A stretch of DNA of 64,000 bases from Torpedo marmorata (lineage: Eukaryota), in NCBI GenBank assembly GCA_977017645.1, contig OZ360219.1, positions 254,200,001 to 254,264,000 on the forward strand. The letters run 5' to 3'. The position numbers and the translations under genes were made by a program. Below are positions 1-11,483 of this stretch, one piece after another. The first letter of the stretch is position 1. Every line of letters starts with the position of its first letter. The notes under the pieces are model-generated. The model did no database searches. It was not told where the DNA came from and saw only the letters and a list, made by a program, of their open reading frames with translations.

Positions 1-410
1 CCAAGACAGAGCCGACAAAAACACACAGGTGGTCCAAACAGGACTGGATGCAACAGCTGCGCCGCAGCCGGTACTACGATGGTCGCAGCGACAGACCAGA
101 CCACCTGAAAGACTCAATCTGTGAGAACTTTAATTCACTTCACCCCGCAGGACTCTTTTTTAAAAGGAGGGGTGAATGTGGTAAACCACTGTATATAACT
201 GTATATATGTTTGTAGTCGTCTGGACACGCCCCTTTCTGACTGTACCTGTGGCTCCTCCCACAGACCCCTGAATAAAGGCCATTGTGCCACAGCTCCCTC
301 CCCAGTCCAGGACAGACGACCAGCAGGAATGTGCATCCATTCCGATATAAATAAAATCCTATCAGTTCCTGCATAACTTCTAGTCTTTCAGAGTTATTGA
401 TGGTGCATCA
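1..410 (+). mobile_element. 3' end of a Gypsy-type LTR retrotransposon: integrase tail, PPT and 3' LTR
   Basis: Frame 2..124 ends QPVLRWSQRQTRPPERLNL*, a typical Gypsy integrase C-terminal tail. Polypurine tract AAAAGGAGGGGTGAA at 162-176. LTR runs TG(177)..CA(410) and contains AATAAA motifs. Confidence 0.8.
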
Positions 411-1070
411 TGGTGCATGTTGAGTGCCACATCGTTTACAAATGAATGTCTCTCCTCCTTTTTGTTGTTTCCTATATCTCGTTTTTTGTTTATGTGTTTG
501 GACACACACTGTGGCTATGGGTATGCCTTCGTTTTCACTGGCTTTTGCACTCTCACCGAACTTTTTCGTGTGCTGCAGAGCTAATTCACTGGCGTCGCAT
601 ATCTTCACAGCTACAGCTAAGGTAAGCTCTGTCTCTCACAGCAACCTCTCTCTCACCTTCTTATCAATAATCCCGAACACAATTTGATCACGGATCATTG
701 AATCTTGCAGCGATCCAAAATTGCATGTTCTTGCTTTTAATTTCAAGTCAGTTAAAAAAGTATCAAAGTACTCTCCCTGCAGCTGCGTGCGCGAGCGAAA
801 CACGTACCTCTCGAATGTTTCATTTTTCTTTGGTGAACAGTGTTCATGAAACATCTCGATAACCTTATCGAACTTGCCCTGGTCTTCTGCCTCGGCAAAA
901 ACAGATGTATTGAAAACCTCTAGTGCTTGAGGTCCTGCCACGGTAAGTAGCAGTGCAATCTTCCGTGCTTCAGGTTTTCTATCAAGTCCAATTGCTTGCA
1001 GGTACAGCATGAATCATTGTTTGAACAGCCTCCACTCGTGGTCGACATTTCCGGACTTTACACTCTCCAT
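411..1070 (-). pseudogene. Decayed gag of a second LTR retrotransposon, cut within its zinc knuckle
   Basis: ATG at 1070 reads MESVKSGNVDHEWRLFKQ*FMLYLQAIG...ERYVFRSRTQ...CNFGSLQDSMIRDQIVFGI...RERLL*ETELTL...CKRCGTQHAP. The two in-frame TGA stops are consistent with CGA decay. The knuckle is truncated at the LTR ending at 410. Confidence 0.8.
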
Positions 1071-1143
1071 TTCTCTGCTGCTATATCAACTGATTCTCAC
1101 TCTGCACACTCCTGGTGTTTCTTCCACTCCTGTGCACACTGCA

Positions 1144-1410
1144 CACTCCTGGTACCATGTGATGTTTCTTTTATTGTAATAAAGAATCTTGGGTTCTTTT
1201 AAAACAACTATATTTATTAGCTAGATCACACACAGACAAGACCTCGTGGAGGCATCCATTTTGAATCTACCCAAGATGCTCATCTCCCGACTCCCCCAGT
1301 GGTCAGGATTAGCACTAGCACCCGCACTAGCACTCTATCAGTACAGTTCCCTGGAGCTTTGAGGTTGCAGCCCCTACTATGACTTACAGATATTAAAGCA
1401 TTAAGACATT
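1144..1410 (-). mobile_element. PBS and 5' LTR of the minus-strand LTR element (outer boundary uncertain)
   Basis: Minus strand reads ...AAACATCACA|TGGTACCAGGAGTG: LTR end CA at 1158 followed by a tRNA-Leu-like PBS at 1144-1157. Confidence 0.55.
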
Positions 1411-1489
1411 AATTAAATCTCCTGTCTGCACATGTAGAGATTCCCTGACCCACTGCTGACATATACTCATCTATGAAGTTCTTTCATAG

Positions 1490-1700
1490 GACATAGAACA
1501 TTGAACATTACAGCACAGTACAGTCCCTTTGGCCCACAATGTTATGCCGACTGATAGAAACCTACTCAATAAACTAAACCTTCCCTACCTTACACCTATA
1601 ACCCTCTATTTATTTTGTAACCATGTGCCTTTCTAAGAGTCTTTTAAATGTATCTATTGTACCAGCCTCCAACATCACCCCTGGCAATGGATTCCTTTCA
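1490..1700 (-). mobile_element. CR1 LINE 3' end fragment
   Basis: CATAGAACATTGAACATTACAGCACAG...GGCCCACAATGTT is the reverse complement of the CR1 3' tail, also seen at 26040 and 60503. Confidence 0.7.
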
Positions 1701-1859
1701 TTTCATCACTGGCGGACAATAGACATTGCTTCGCACCATCACTGGTGGGTACTCATCCATGACATTTTGGTGACATTTTGGTGACTGTTGGTATCATTCT
1801 TGCCTCTGAGACGGAAGGTTAGTGTAGGTCCTTCAAGAAAGACATAAGCACAAAAATTC

Positions 1860-2085
1860 AGAGCAAAAAATAAATTGCTGGAGGAAGTCAACGGGTCAGG
1901 CAGATTCTATGGAGGGAAATGGACATCCGATGTTTCTGGTCCAAACCCTGCTTTAAGAATGGATCAGAGTTTTGACTTTAAATGTCAGTTGTCCATTTTC
2001 CTCCATGGATGCTGTCTGACCCGCTGAATTCCTCCAGCAGTCAGGTTTTTTTTGCTCTAATTCCAGCCTTTGCAGTCTCCTGTGC
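1860..2085. mobile_element. Palindromic Penelope terminal-repeat pair inside an older SINE relic (about 1790-2215)
   Basis: TGCTGGAGGAAGTCAACGGGTCAGGCAG...GATGCTGTCTGACCCGCTGAATTCCTCCAGCA are inverted copies. The same motif adjoins GIY-YIG coding fragments at 50915-52854. Confidence 0.65.
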
Positions 2086-2605
2086 CAGCACACAATTTCA
2101 GGCAGATGGTGGAGTATGACATCTTTTTTATATATTCCTTTCTGGTACAATTGAATTTTAGTGATCATGATAATTGAATTGTGAGACATTTCCGTGTGCA
2201 ATTAAGCATAAATTACATTACTGTGGTCTTAGTCACATTTAGGCCAGACCATGTAAAATAGTACAAATCCTTCCTTAAAGAATGTTAGTGAAACCAGAAA
2301 GTTTCTTAAATACCCCCTATACCTCCCCCACCATTAATTGTCACTATTTCTGAAACAAATTTTATAGTCCAGCTTTATCTCATCAATTGAATTTAATTTC
2401 CACAGCTCACGTGGTGGAATTCAAACATACTTCTTGATTTTTAGGTCAGGCCTCTGGATTACGAGCAGCATGACCATAATGCATTGGAGGGGTTCCATCA
2501 ATAATTGCCCGCCTAATTAGTAGATTTATCTGCTTATCAATGCATCTATTCATGAGTTATAGTAGATAGTGAGCATACGCAATTCCATCAATAAGGAGAA
2601 AACCG

Positions 2606-5600
2606 ATATATATACTCCAGTGTTAATTATGGGATGTTCTTTTTTCTTGCTTTTCTATCATTTCAATCTATCTGAGGAGAAAATATGTAATCGACGGATT
2701 AGGAGGGGTGAGTCGGCGGTTCTGACAGATAGAGAATGTTTAAAATTTAATTATGGTTGATTCCAGAAGTATTAATTTTGTAAGTATTAATGTAAATGGG
2801 CTTAATAATCCAATTAAAAGGAAAAAAACTCTGGCATATATTAAAAAATTAAAAGTAGATATAGCTTTTTTACAGGAAACACACTTGACTGATAAAGAAC
2901 ATCAAAAGTTGAAGAGAGAATGGGTAGGACATGTAGTAGCTTCGTCTTTTAATTCTAAAGCGAGAGGAGTAGCAATTTTAATCAATAAAAAATTACCATT
3001 TAAAATACAATCAGTAACGACGGATATAGCTGGTAGATTTGTTATGGTGCATTGTCAAATTTATTCAGAAACATGGACTTTTTTAAATTTATATATTGTA
3101 AACCCAGAGGATGAACAATTTATTCAAGATATTTCTTTACATTTATCTGAAGCTAAGGAAAATATTTTAATTGGGGGAGATTTTAATTGTTGTCTTAATA
3201 CAAATATGGATAAAACATCTAAAACATCTGTTAGACCTAAAATAGTTAAAAGAATTATTAATTTAATGGATGATTTAAATTTAGTAGATATTTGGAGAAA
3301 GGTAAACCCTAGAGAAAAAGACTATTCATTTTATTCTTTTCGACATAACTCATTTTCAAGAATTGATTTATTTTTATTATCGTCACAAATTCAGGATAGA
3401 ATAACTCAAATTTCCTATAAAGCAAGAATAATTTCAGACCATTCGCCGTTATTAATGACATGTATAATTCCAGAGAAAGAAAAAACTGTATATAATTGGA
3501 GATTAGATTCTTCTTTATTAAATAGAAAAGATTTCTGTGATTATATGAGAAAAGAAATTCAGGAATTTTTACGAATTAATAATAATTCAGTTGATGATAA
3601 GTTTATAATTTGGGAGTCTTTAAAAGCATATTTAAGAGGATTGATAATAAGTTTTTCGGCAAAAATTAGAAAAGATTATTTGAAGGAAGAAGAAAAATTG
3701 GAGGGGGAGATTGAAGTTATGGAAAAAAATTTTCAACGAAATAAAACAATTCTTAAGAGACAACGTTTAATGGGGAAAAAATTACATTATAATATATTAC
3801 AAACTCGAAAAATTGAAAAATTAATTGGTAGAACAAAGCAAAGATATTATGAATTGGGAGAAAGAGCACATAAAGTTTTAGCATGGCAATTAAAGAAAGA
3901 ACAAGTTTCTAAAACTATAAATGCTATAAAGAAAAGTAATGGAGATATAACTTATAAACCTCAAGAAATAAACAATTCTTTTAAAGAATATTATCAAAAT
4001 TTATATACTTCACAAATGAGTCAAGATGTTGTTAAAATTGATGATTTTTTATCTAAAATTATGTTGCCTAAATTAAATAGTTCTAATAGAGATTTGTTAG
4101 ATCTACCAATTACAATGAGAGAAGTAGGTGAAGCTTTATCTTCATTGAATAGTGGTAAATCTCCTGGTGATGATGGATTTCCTGTAGAGTTTTATAAGAA
4201 GTTTAAAGATTTATTGATACCTATATATATGGAAGTATTGACTCAAATAAAGGAAACTCAGTTATTACCGAAAACATTTTTAAATGCTGTTATTACAGTT
4301 ATACCGAAGAAGGATAGAGATGTATTGAAAACTGAATCGTATAGACCTATATCATTGTTAAATGTAGATTATAAATTAATGGCAAAAATATTGACAAATA
4401 GATTAGCTAAGTTTTTACCATTTTTAATACATTCAGATCAAGCAGGATTTATTAAAAATAGATATTCAAAGGATAATATAGCAAGATTAATAAGTTTGAT
4501 TAATTTACAAAAAAAGAAACAGGATTTACCGTTAGTGATAGCATTAGATGCAGAAAAAGCATTTGATAGATTAGAGTGGAAGTTTTTATTTAAGGTTTTA
4601 GAGAAATATGGATTTGGAAATACGTTTATAAATTGGATTAAAACTATATATAAGGAACCTACAGCTAAAGTAATCACAAATGGTCAAATATCATCTAAAT
4701 TTTCTTTGACACGGTCAACAAGACAAGGGTGTCCATTGTCACCTGCTTTATTTGTATTGGCAATAGAACCGTTGGCGGAAATGATTAGGAAAGATATGAC
4801 TATAAAAGGGATAAAAGTAGGTACAGAAGAGCATAAAATTAGTTTGTTTGCAGATGATGTATTAATATATATGACAAAGTCTATTGAATCACTTCAACAA
4901 TTGGATAAAATATTGAGGGATTATGGTGAAATATCTGGATATAAAATAAATTCGGATAAAAGTGAAATAATGGCTTTATCTCAAGGAGATTATACTAAAT
5001 GTAAAGAAGTTACAAAATTTAAATGGGCTAAAGAAGCTATTAAATATTTGGGAGTAAAAGTGGATACAAAGTTAGAAAATTTATATAAATTAAATTATAT
5101 ACCTTTATTTCAGAAAATAAAGAAGGATTTAGATAATTGGAAAGATTTACCTATAACTTTAATAGGAAGAGTGAATTGTATTAAAATGAATATTTTTCCA
5201 AGAGTTCAATATCTTTTTCAATCTATACCTTTTAGTATCCCTCAAAAATTTTTTAAAGATTTAAAAAGTATTATCAGAAAGTTTTTATGGAAAGGAAAAC
5301 TGGCAAGAGTAAGTATGGATAAATTAACTTGGGAATATGAAATGGGTGGATTACAACTTCCTAATTTTCAATATTATTATAAGGCAGCACAATTAAAGTT
5401 TATAAATGAATTATTTGATTTAACTAAAAATACGGCTTGGATTAATATAGAATTAAATAATATAGGAGAAAGAAATAAAGAAGATATTATTTATAAATGG
5501 AATTCTAAATTATTATTGATTAAAAAGAAAAAGTCACCGATTATTAGACATTTATTAGAGATTTGGAATCAACTAGATAATGAAATAGGGCGAAAAGGAT

Positions 5601-6847
5601 CAATTTCTTTAAATATGCCATTATATCAGAATTTATTATTACCATTTTCTATGGATAATCAATTTTTAAAAGTATGGCATCAAAAAGGAATTAAGAAGAT
5701 TAAAGATTGTTTTGAGGCAGGACGATTTGTTACTTTTTCGAGATTGAAAGAAAAATTTGGAATAATGGATAATACAATTTTAGCTTATTATCAAGTTAAA
5801 GGATTTTTAGTTGAGAAATTAGGGAATCAATTAATATCCCCTAGACAGGATGGGTTAGAATTATTAATTACTAATGGAAATGTTAATAAATTTATATCGC
5901 AAATGTATAAATTATTTCAGAAAAAGATATCTAAAGTAGGATTGCATAAATCTAGATTAAATTGGGAATCAGATCTAAATACTAATATAGATGAACAACA
6001 TTGGAAAGAATTGTGTAAATTGAGTATGACTAAGATTATTAATGTTAGATATAGATTAGTACAGTATAATTTTTTCCATCAATTATATATAACACCTAAA
6101 AGATTAAAGAAATTTAACCCGGCATTGTCAGATATGTGTTTTAGATGTAAAGACGAAATAGGTTCTTTTGTACATTGTACATGGTCGTGTTTGAAAATTA
6201 AAAATTTTTGGTCTAAAGTTAAAGATTTTTTAGATAGAATTTTTAATATTATGATTCCATTGGATCCCATGATATTTCTATTTGGAGATATAAAAAGAAT
6301 TAGTATTAGAAATAGATTAAATATGTATCAAATAGAATTTTTAAGAATTGTGTTAGCTATTTCAAAAAAATGTATTGCTATTACTTGGAAATCAGATTTA
6401 GATTTGAATTTAGATAGATTACATGCAGAGTTACGTTCATGTATACCTTTGGAAAAAATTACTTATAATTTACGAGATAAATATCATTTCTTTTTGAAAA
6501 TTTGGAGCCCATATATGAGAATTATGGGTATGAATTAATTCTCTAAAAGTTAGTACTGCTGACAAAAGTAACCTCCATATATAATTAGAGTTAGTCTGAA
6601 ATAGTTTTCTCCTCATACTAACATTCTTAACTTTATTTCTCATTCTATTTCTTTCCTTTTAACTAACACTTCTATATATATATATTTTTTTATTTTTCTT
6701 TATTAGAATAGTGTGGGAGGGTTGGGGAGGGGAGGGAGGGAAGGGAGGGTGGTAAATGTATCACATGTATTTTGAACAATATATTATTTTTGACTATGTA
6801 TTTTGTGATTTTAAAAAATTAAATAAAAATTTAAAAAAAAAAAAAAA
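2606..6847 (+). mobile_element. 5'-truncated L1 LINE insertion with poly(A) tail and 16-bp TSD
   Basis: Perfect TSD AATAAGGAGAAAACCG at 2590-2605 and 6848-6863. AATAAA near 6822 is followed by a poly(A) run from about 6833. G-rich 3' UTR. No ORF1. Confidence 0.95.
2753..6538 (+). CDS. L1 ORF2 protein (APE endonuclease, reverse transcriptase, C-terminal CCHC), 1261 aa, uninterrupted
   Basis: Endonuclease motifs NVNGL, FLQETH, GGDFN, SRID, SDHSP. RT motifs SPGDDG, YRPISLLN, LDAEKAFD, TRQGCPLSP, LFADD, YLG. C-terminal CFRC..HCTWSC. Confidence 0.96.
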   Translation: MVDSRSINFVSINVNGLNNPIKRKKTLAYIKKLKVDIAFLQETHLTDKEHQKLKREWVGHVVASSFNSKARGVAILINKKLPFKIQSVTTDIAGRFVMVHCQIYSETWTFLNLYIVNPEDEQFIQDISLHLSEAKENILIGGDFNCCLNTNMDKTSKTSVRPKIVKRIINLMDDLNLVDIWRKVNPREKDYSFYSFRHNSFSRIDLFLLSSQIQDRITQISYKARIISDHSPLLMTCIIPEKEKTVYNWRLDSSLLNRKDFCDYMRKEIQEFLRINNNSVDDKFIIWESLKAYLRGLIISFSAKIRKDYLKEEEKLEGEIEVMEKNFQRNKTILKRQRLMGKKLHYNILQTRKIEKLIGRTKQRYYELGERAHKVLAWQLKKEQVSKTINAIKKSNGDITYKPQEINNSFKEYYQNLYTSQMSQDVVKIDDFLSKIMLPKLNSSNRDLLDLPITMREVGEALSSLNSGKSPGDDGFPVEFYKKFKDLLIPIYMEVLTQIKETQLLPKTFLNAVITVIPKKDRDVLKTESYRPISLLNVDYKLMAKILTNRLAKFLPFLIHSDQAGFIKNRYSKDNIARLISLINLQKKKQDLPLVIALDAEKAFDRLEWKFLFKVLEKYGFGNTFINWIKTIYKEPTAKVITNGQISSKFSLTRSTRQGCPLSPALFVLAIEPLAEMIRKDMTIKGIKVGTEEHKISLFADDVLIYMTKSIESLQQLDKILRDYGEISGYKINSDKSEIMALSQGDYTKCKEVTKFKWAKEAIKYLGVKVDTKLENLYKLNYIPLFQKIKKDLDNWKDLPITLIGRVNCIKMNIFPRVQYLFQSIPFSIPQKFFKDLKSIIRKFLWKGKLARVSMDKLTWEYEMGGLQLPNFQYYYKAAQLKFINELFDLTKNTAWINIELNNIGERNKEDIIYKWNSKLLLIKKKKSPIIRHLLEIWNQLDNEIGRKGSISLNMPLYQNLLLPFSMDNQFLKVWHQKGIKKIKDCFEAGRFVTFSRLKEKFGIMDNTILAYYQVKGFLVEKLGNQLISPRQDGLELLITNGNVNKFISQMYKLFQKKISKVGLHKSRLNWESDLNTNIDEQHWKELCKLSMTKIINVRYRLVQYNFFHQLYITPKRLKKFNPALSDMCFRCKDEIGSFVHCTWSCLKIKNFWSKVKDFLDRIFNIMIPLDPMIFLFGDIKRISIRNRLNMYQIEFLRIVLAISKKCIAITWKSDLDLNLDRLHAELRSCIPLEKITYNLRDKYHFFLKIWSPYMRIMGMN

Positions 6848-9800
6848 AATAAGGAGAAAACCGGTATGATTATTATCACAGGGTTGCAAGCATCTCTGAG
6901 TAGCACTGCTGGCAAAATAGTAATAATGTTATAATTAAGCACCCTATCAAAAAATTACAAGAGAAAAATAAAATGGGGAACTTTTTACCTTTAGTATTTT
7001 TCTCTCTGAAATAAAAGATAGGGATTTTTTTTTAAAAGAGCTCAGCAGTGATTTTGTTAGCAATCATTCAGAATATGACCAAATATAAAGTATCACACTC
7101 TCTTCAAAAAAAGTTTGGTGAAAGGCTGGACATGATTTATAGTGCCACATGCAAATAGTTAATAACAGAGATAATAACTTGCCTATTGTTTGGAATTCTG
7201 ATTATGAAGCTTCAAGTGGCGTTGGGTTGCATTCTATTCATTGTCAAAAAAGTTAACTTCAGAGAATTTCCTGGAAATTTAGTTCAATTTACACAAATAT
7301 TCCAATCACTTTCAAAAAGAATACTGTAGTTCAGGTGCAGGTTTATCATTGATCCTCTGTGTATTACATTGCTCCTTGCATTGTGTCAAATTAATTATGA
7401 TGTTGTTTTGTGCCTCAGTAAAACTGAGAGTTTGAGTTCTGTGGCATTTATTATTAAGTTATGTTCACATGTCACTGCGTTAAAAAGAAGAATAATTTGA
7501 AAGTGAATATTCAAAACCAAAGGAGCAAAGTTACTTTTGCCAACTTTTTTGCTTTTGGATCAAGCGCCAAAGCTGTGATGTTGCGCACTTTCTCACTGCC
7601 CCCATGCAGTTCAATCTGCTTTCAGCAGAGTGTACCCAATGTAAAACACAACAGACTTGTCACATTTGAATACCAAATAATGACAGAATGGTACAGCATC
7701 AATATGACTGAATCAATTTGTGTTCAGAAATTTCCATTCCTCTTCAGTTAATCCTGATTTTATCTATCTTTGTTATACGTACATCAAACAGACAAATCTT
7801 TGACAATTTATCGTTTTCATACTGTTCACAATTTTGTGATCTCTGATGGATCCCTTCTTAGTTTTCACCTAGAATCTTGTTGCTCAGGGTATATTTTACT
7901 TCATTGTTCACTTTCCTGTAATGTAGTGTGTTACATTTTTGCCATGAAATGCATCATACATCCATCTGCTTAACCTTTTAATCTGTCTATCTTCGAAATC
8001 CCTTCTCTTCTCCACAGAGAAATACCCTCTAGTTTGGCCCAATTTGTTGGTTTATTCATTTGAACGCAGAAGTGGAAAAATTGGTTTCTATTTTTATCTT
8101 TGGGTCTGACTTGCATTTTAGATAATACAGTCATTTGATTTGAAACCAGTTTGGCATAAATCCAATAACCATCTTCTATAGCTGTACTTGATAGCATTAA
8201 GGCATATATTAGTTCATGGAATAAAACATTTTCATATCACAAGAGAACAATAAAATGCTCATGGTTTGGTGTTCCAAGCTCCACAAATAGTAAATGATGT
8301 CATGCATAAAATGTGAGGGTCTTGTTCAGCATTCAATAATCCAGTTCTGGGTGTGAGTTGCAGCAATCTGTATTAGAGATTTGAATCTGTTTCCTTCCCA
8401 TTGAGCTGATAAGAGATCTATCCCAAACTATATTCTCATTGTTTTAAACTCCGGCAATGGTTCATACTGAAATGATGAGTTAAATTTATTGAGTTGAACT
8501 GAAGTTCATTGGAAACACTGGACAGTTTGCAAGTTCCAATTCCAAGTGTTAAATTATTTAATCATTCATTCACAAAACAATTGCTGCATTTTATTCTAAC
8601 ATGATGCTCTCATACATTAGGTCAATTGTGATTATATAAATCACTGTTGCAAACATTGTGTTGACAACAGAATAATTTATACCTACTAAGATTCATATGA
8701 ACATTCTATTTATAATCATGATGATTGTGACAGATCAAGTACAGAGTCACAGATTTAGTATAACTTCTTTTAATAGGTTATTTGCAGTCATTCTATTACT
8801 TTTGGCATTGATGTAAAGCAATTTGAAATATGCATCAATGCAATCACAATAACACAGTTCTGGAGTCAGATACAATCTGTCTTGGCTGCAGTAAAAGCAA
8901 GAAAAAGTTTCATGGTAGTTAGGTCACTGTTGAGTGAACTCTAACTACCGTTTGCTTTAAATTTGCAAGTGCGCAGGGGGAATTTAAAAAAAAATTTTTT
9001 TGGAGAGAATGACTCCACTCACCTACAATTTTGTCAATGAGTAAAGATTGTGCATGTGTCACATCACAATTTATTTTTCATGGATCCTTTACATCAATAA
9101 CAGACATGGTTCAGAATTAGCCTATTAAGACACATTTTGCATTTGTTGCATAGTTTCACACACAAAATGATAACATGCAATATTGCACACATCTACTTAT
9201 TCCATATTTCCCTCTACCTTTCTCTAAGAGTGCTAAAACAGGTAGATAATAAGCATGAACAAATTTCATTGATATTAAGATTAAACAAAGCAATCTCTTC
9301 ATTTATGACATCAGATCATAACACAGCATGTACCATACATTCCAATGATCGCAGCGATGCGAACATATTATTTTGGATCAATTTGTAAACTCTGAAGAAT
9401 CAGGGATTATTGCTATTTATGCAATGGATTGCCCAGCTTTTCAGGAGTAAAGAAATGAATAAAAGATCAACCAGCATGTATATTATATTGAAAAGTTAAA
9501 CCAAAAGAAATAAACACAATGCAATGAACTTTAGCAAATTATTCACAAACAGGATTCCTTCTAAAGTCACCAAGAAATCAGCATTACAGAATGGTACTGT
9601 TTGATCACTTACATTAAACATGGGAAACATATGAAATGTTCACCTAAATGGAGGAAATAATTTTGAAACTTTAACTTTTTAATCCTTGATGTTTCGGAGG
9701 CAGACTTTCCCCTCTCCTCCAGAAGTAGTCGATTGATTGAAGAGTGGATTTTGTTGCTCATCAGAGTTTTTGGCATTTTTATGTATGGTAGAAGCTATTG

Positions 9801-10019
9801 AAACTCTGGAATAATAAGATATGGCAAGATGCCAAAGAATGTGTCCAGCATTGTGTATTCTGTGGGGACTCCATTGATGCAAAAGTTATTTTACCAAAAA
9901 TAGAAAGATTAGGAGAAAAGATCATTTGGAAAGCAGCTGCAAACTGGACTTTTAAAATCTAAAGGAGTCATTCTGTTCAGGCCCTCATATCATGGATGAA
10001 GTGGGTTGAAATTTCAGAC

Positions 10020-10150
10020 ACACAGAAGACTGCAGATGCTGGAATTTGAAGCTAAACACAATCTGCTGTAGGAATTCAATGGGTTGAGCAGCATCAGTGG
10101 GAGAAAAAGAATGGTCAACGTGTTGGGCAAAAACTCTTCATCAAGACTGG
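10020..10150 (-). mobile_element. Penelope terminal-repeat fragment
   Basis: ACAGAAGACTGCAGATGCTGGAAT...CTCTTCATCAAGACTGG matches the recurrent Penelope end motif. Confidence 0.6.
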
Positions 10151-10352
10151 TAGTTGAAATTTTGGTAGGTTTTACAGAGAGCCAAGGTTATTGTTCATTG
10201 TACCAGGTGGTGAGGGTAAAATAATTTCAACGTGAGGATGGTGGGAGAGTAGCTGAAAAAAATGGTGGAGTGATACTTGTTTCAAAGCAAAGGTATAGAG
10301 AAGGGAAAATATTCAACACAAACTGAAGAAAATGAAGAACACAGCAATGTTT

Positions 10353-10685
10353 GGGCAACAGTGGTGCAGCTAAAAGAGCTGCTGTCACACAGCTCCTGAG
10401 ACCCAAGTTCAATCGAGACCCCGGTGCGGGGTCTGTGTGGAGTTTCCATGTTCTGTTCCTGACTGGATGGATTCTTCCCGGGTGCTCCATTTTTTCCTGC
10501 ATCCCAAAGATTTGTGGTTTGATAAATTAATTGGGCACTGTACATTGCCCCTAAAGTTAAGGTAGAATCTGAAGGGTGTTAATGAGAATGGTAAGAGAAT
10601 TGTTACAGGGGAAATTAGTGGGGCATTGGATTGTCCTACAAGCTGGCAAAAACTTGATGGGTTAAAATAACCTCCTTTATCATAG
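10353..10685 (+). mobile_element. tRNA-derived V-SINE (HE1-like)
   Basis: A-box-like GTGGTGCAGCT, B-box-like AAGTTCAATC, and V-domain TCTGTGTGGAGTTTCCATGTTCT...CCGGGTGCTCC...CATCCCAAAGA. Confidence 0.75.
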
Positions 10686-10689
10686 ATTT

Positions 10690-10925
10690 ATTGTACGATT
10701 TGCATAGAAACAGGCCCTTTTACCCACTGTGTCTGAACTAATTATCATTTGCACTAATTTAATGTTATTGTCCTGTCAGCAGCCCTACAGATTCTACCGA
10801 AATCACTGCACTCACTCACACACTGGAGCCATTTACAGTACATGGCCAATTAACTGGATGTGGGAGGAAATTTGAGCATCCGAGAGAAGCCCATGCTGTC
10901 ACAGGAAGAAAGTGCAAACTCCACA
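10690..10925 (-). mobile_element. V-SINE (HE1-like) interrupted by a CR1; its head resumes at about 11486-11540
   Basis: GATGTGGGAGGAAA...CCCATGCTGTCACAGGAAGAAAGTGCAAACTCCACA is the reverse complement of the V domain. Confidence 0.7.
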
Positions 10926-10989
10926 TGAATACCCACTTACCCATTGCAAGAATTTGTACTTTTCTACTAGCTATATTTCTTCAACATCC

Positions 10990-11483
10990 TCATTACAAGA
11001 AGGATTGGAGGCTTTGGAAATGGTACAGAACAGACTTACTGGAATGCTGTCTGGATTACAAGGTATGAGTAATGGGAAGAGGTTGGACAAACTTAAGGTG
11101 TTTGCTCTGGAGCATCGAAGCACAAAGGGAGACCTGATAAAAATGTATGAAGTTATAAGAAGCAATGGATAGGGTAGAAAGTCAGAATCTTTATCCCAGG
11201 TTGAAAGTGTCACATACAAGAGGGTGTGCATTTTGTGTGGTGGAGTGTGAGTGGTTGGGGGAGTTTAAAGAAAATGTGTGGGGCAAGTTTTTTACATGAA
11301 TTGCCTGGGGTAGTGGTGGAGGCAGATAAGCTAGTAGTATTTAAGAGGTTTCTAGAAAGACATATGAATATGCAGGAAGTGGAAGGATATGCTTCATACA
11401 CAAGCAGCAGAATTTTAGTTTAATTTGGGCAGCACACACATTGTCCTGGAACCTGTCCCTGCACTGTAATGTTCTATGTTCTA
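10990..11483 (+). mobile_element. CR1 LINE 3' fragment
   Basis: Translates to ALEMVQNRLTGML..LEHRSTKGDLIKMYEVIR (CR1 RT C-terminus); tail TTCTATGTTCTA. Confidence 0.8.

Noticed and set aside
2493-2594. Repeat TTCCATCAATAA upstream of the L1 as an alternative TSD
   Set aside because: Both copies lie on the same side of the element; the true 16-bp TSD is clear.
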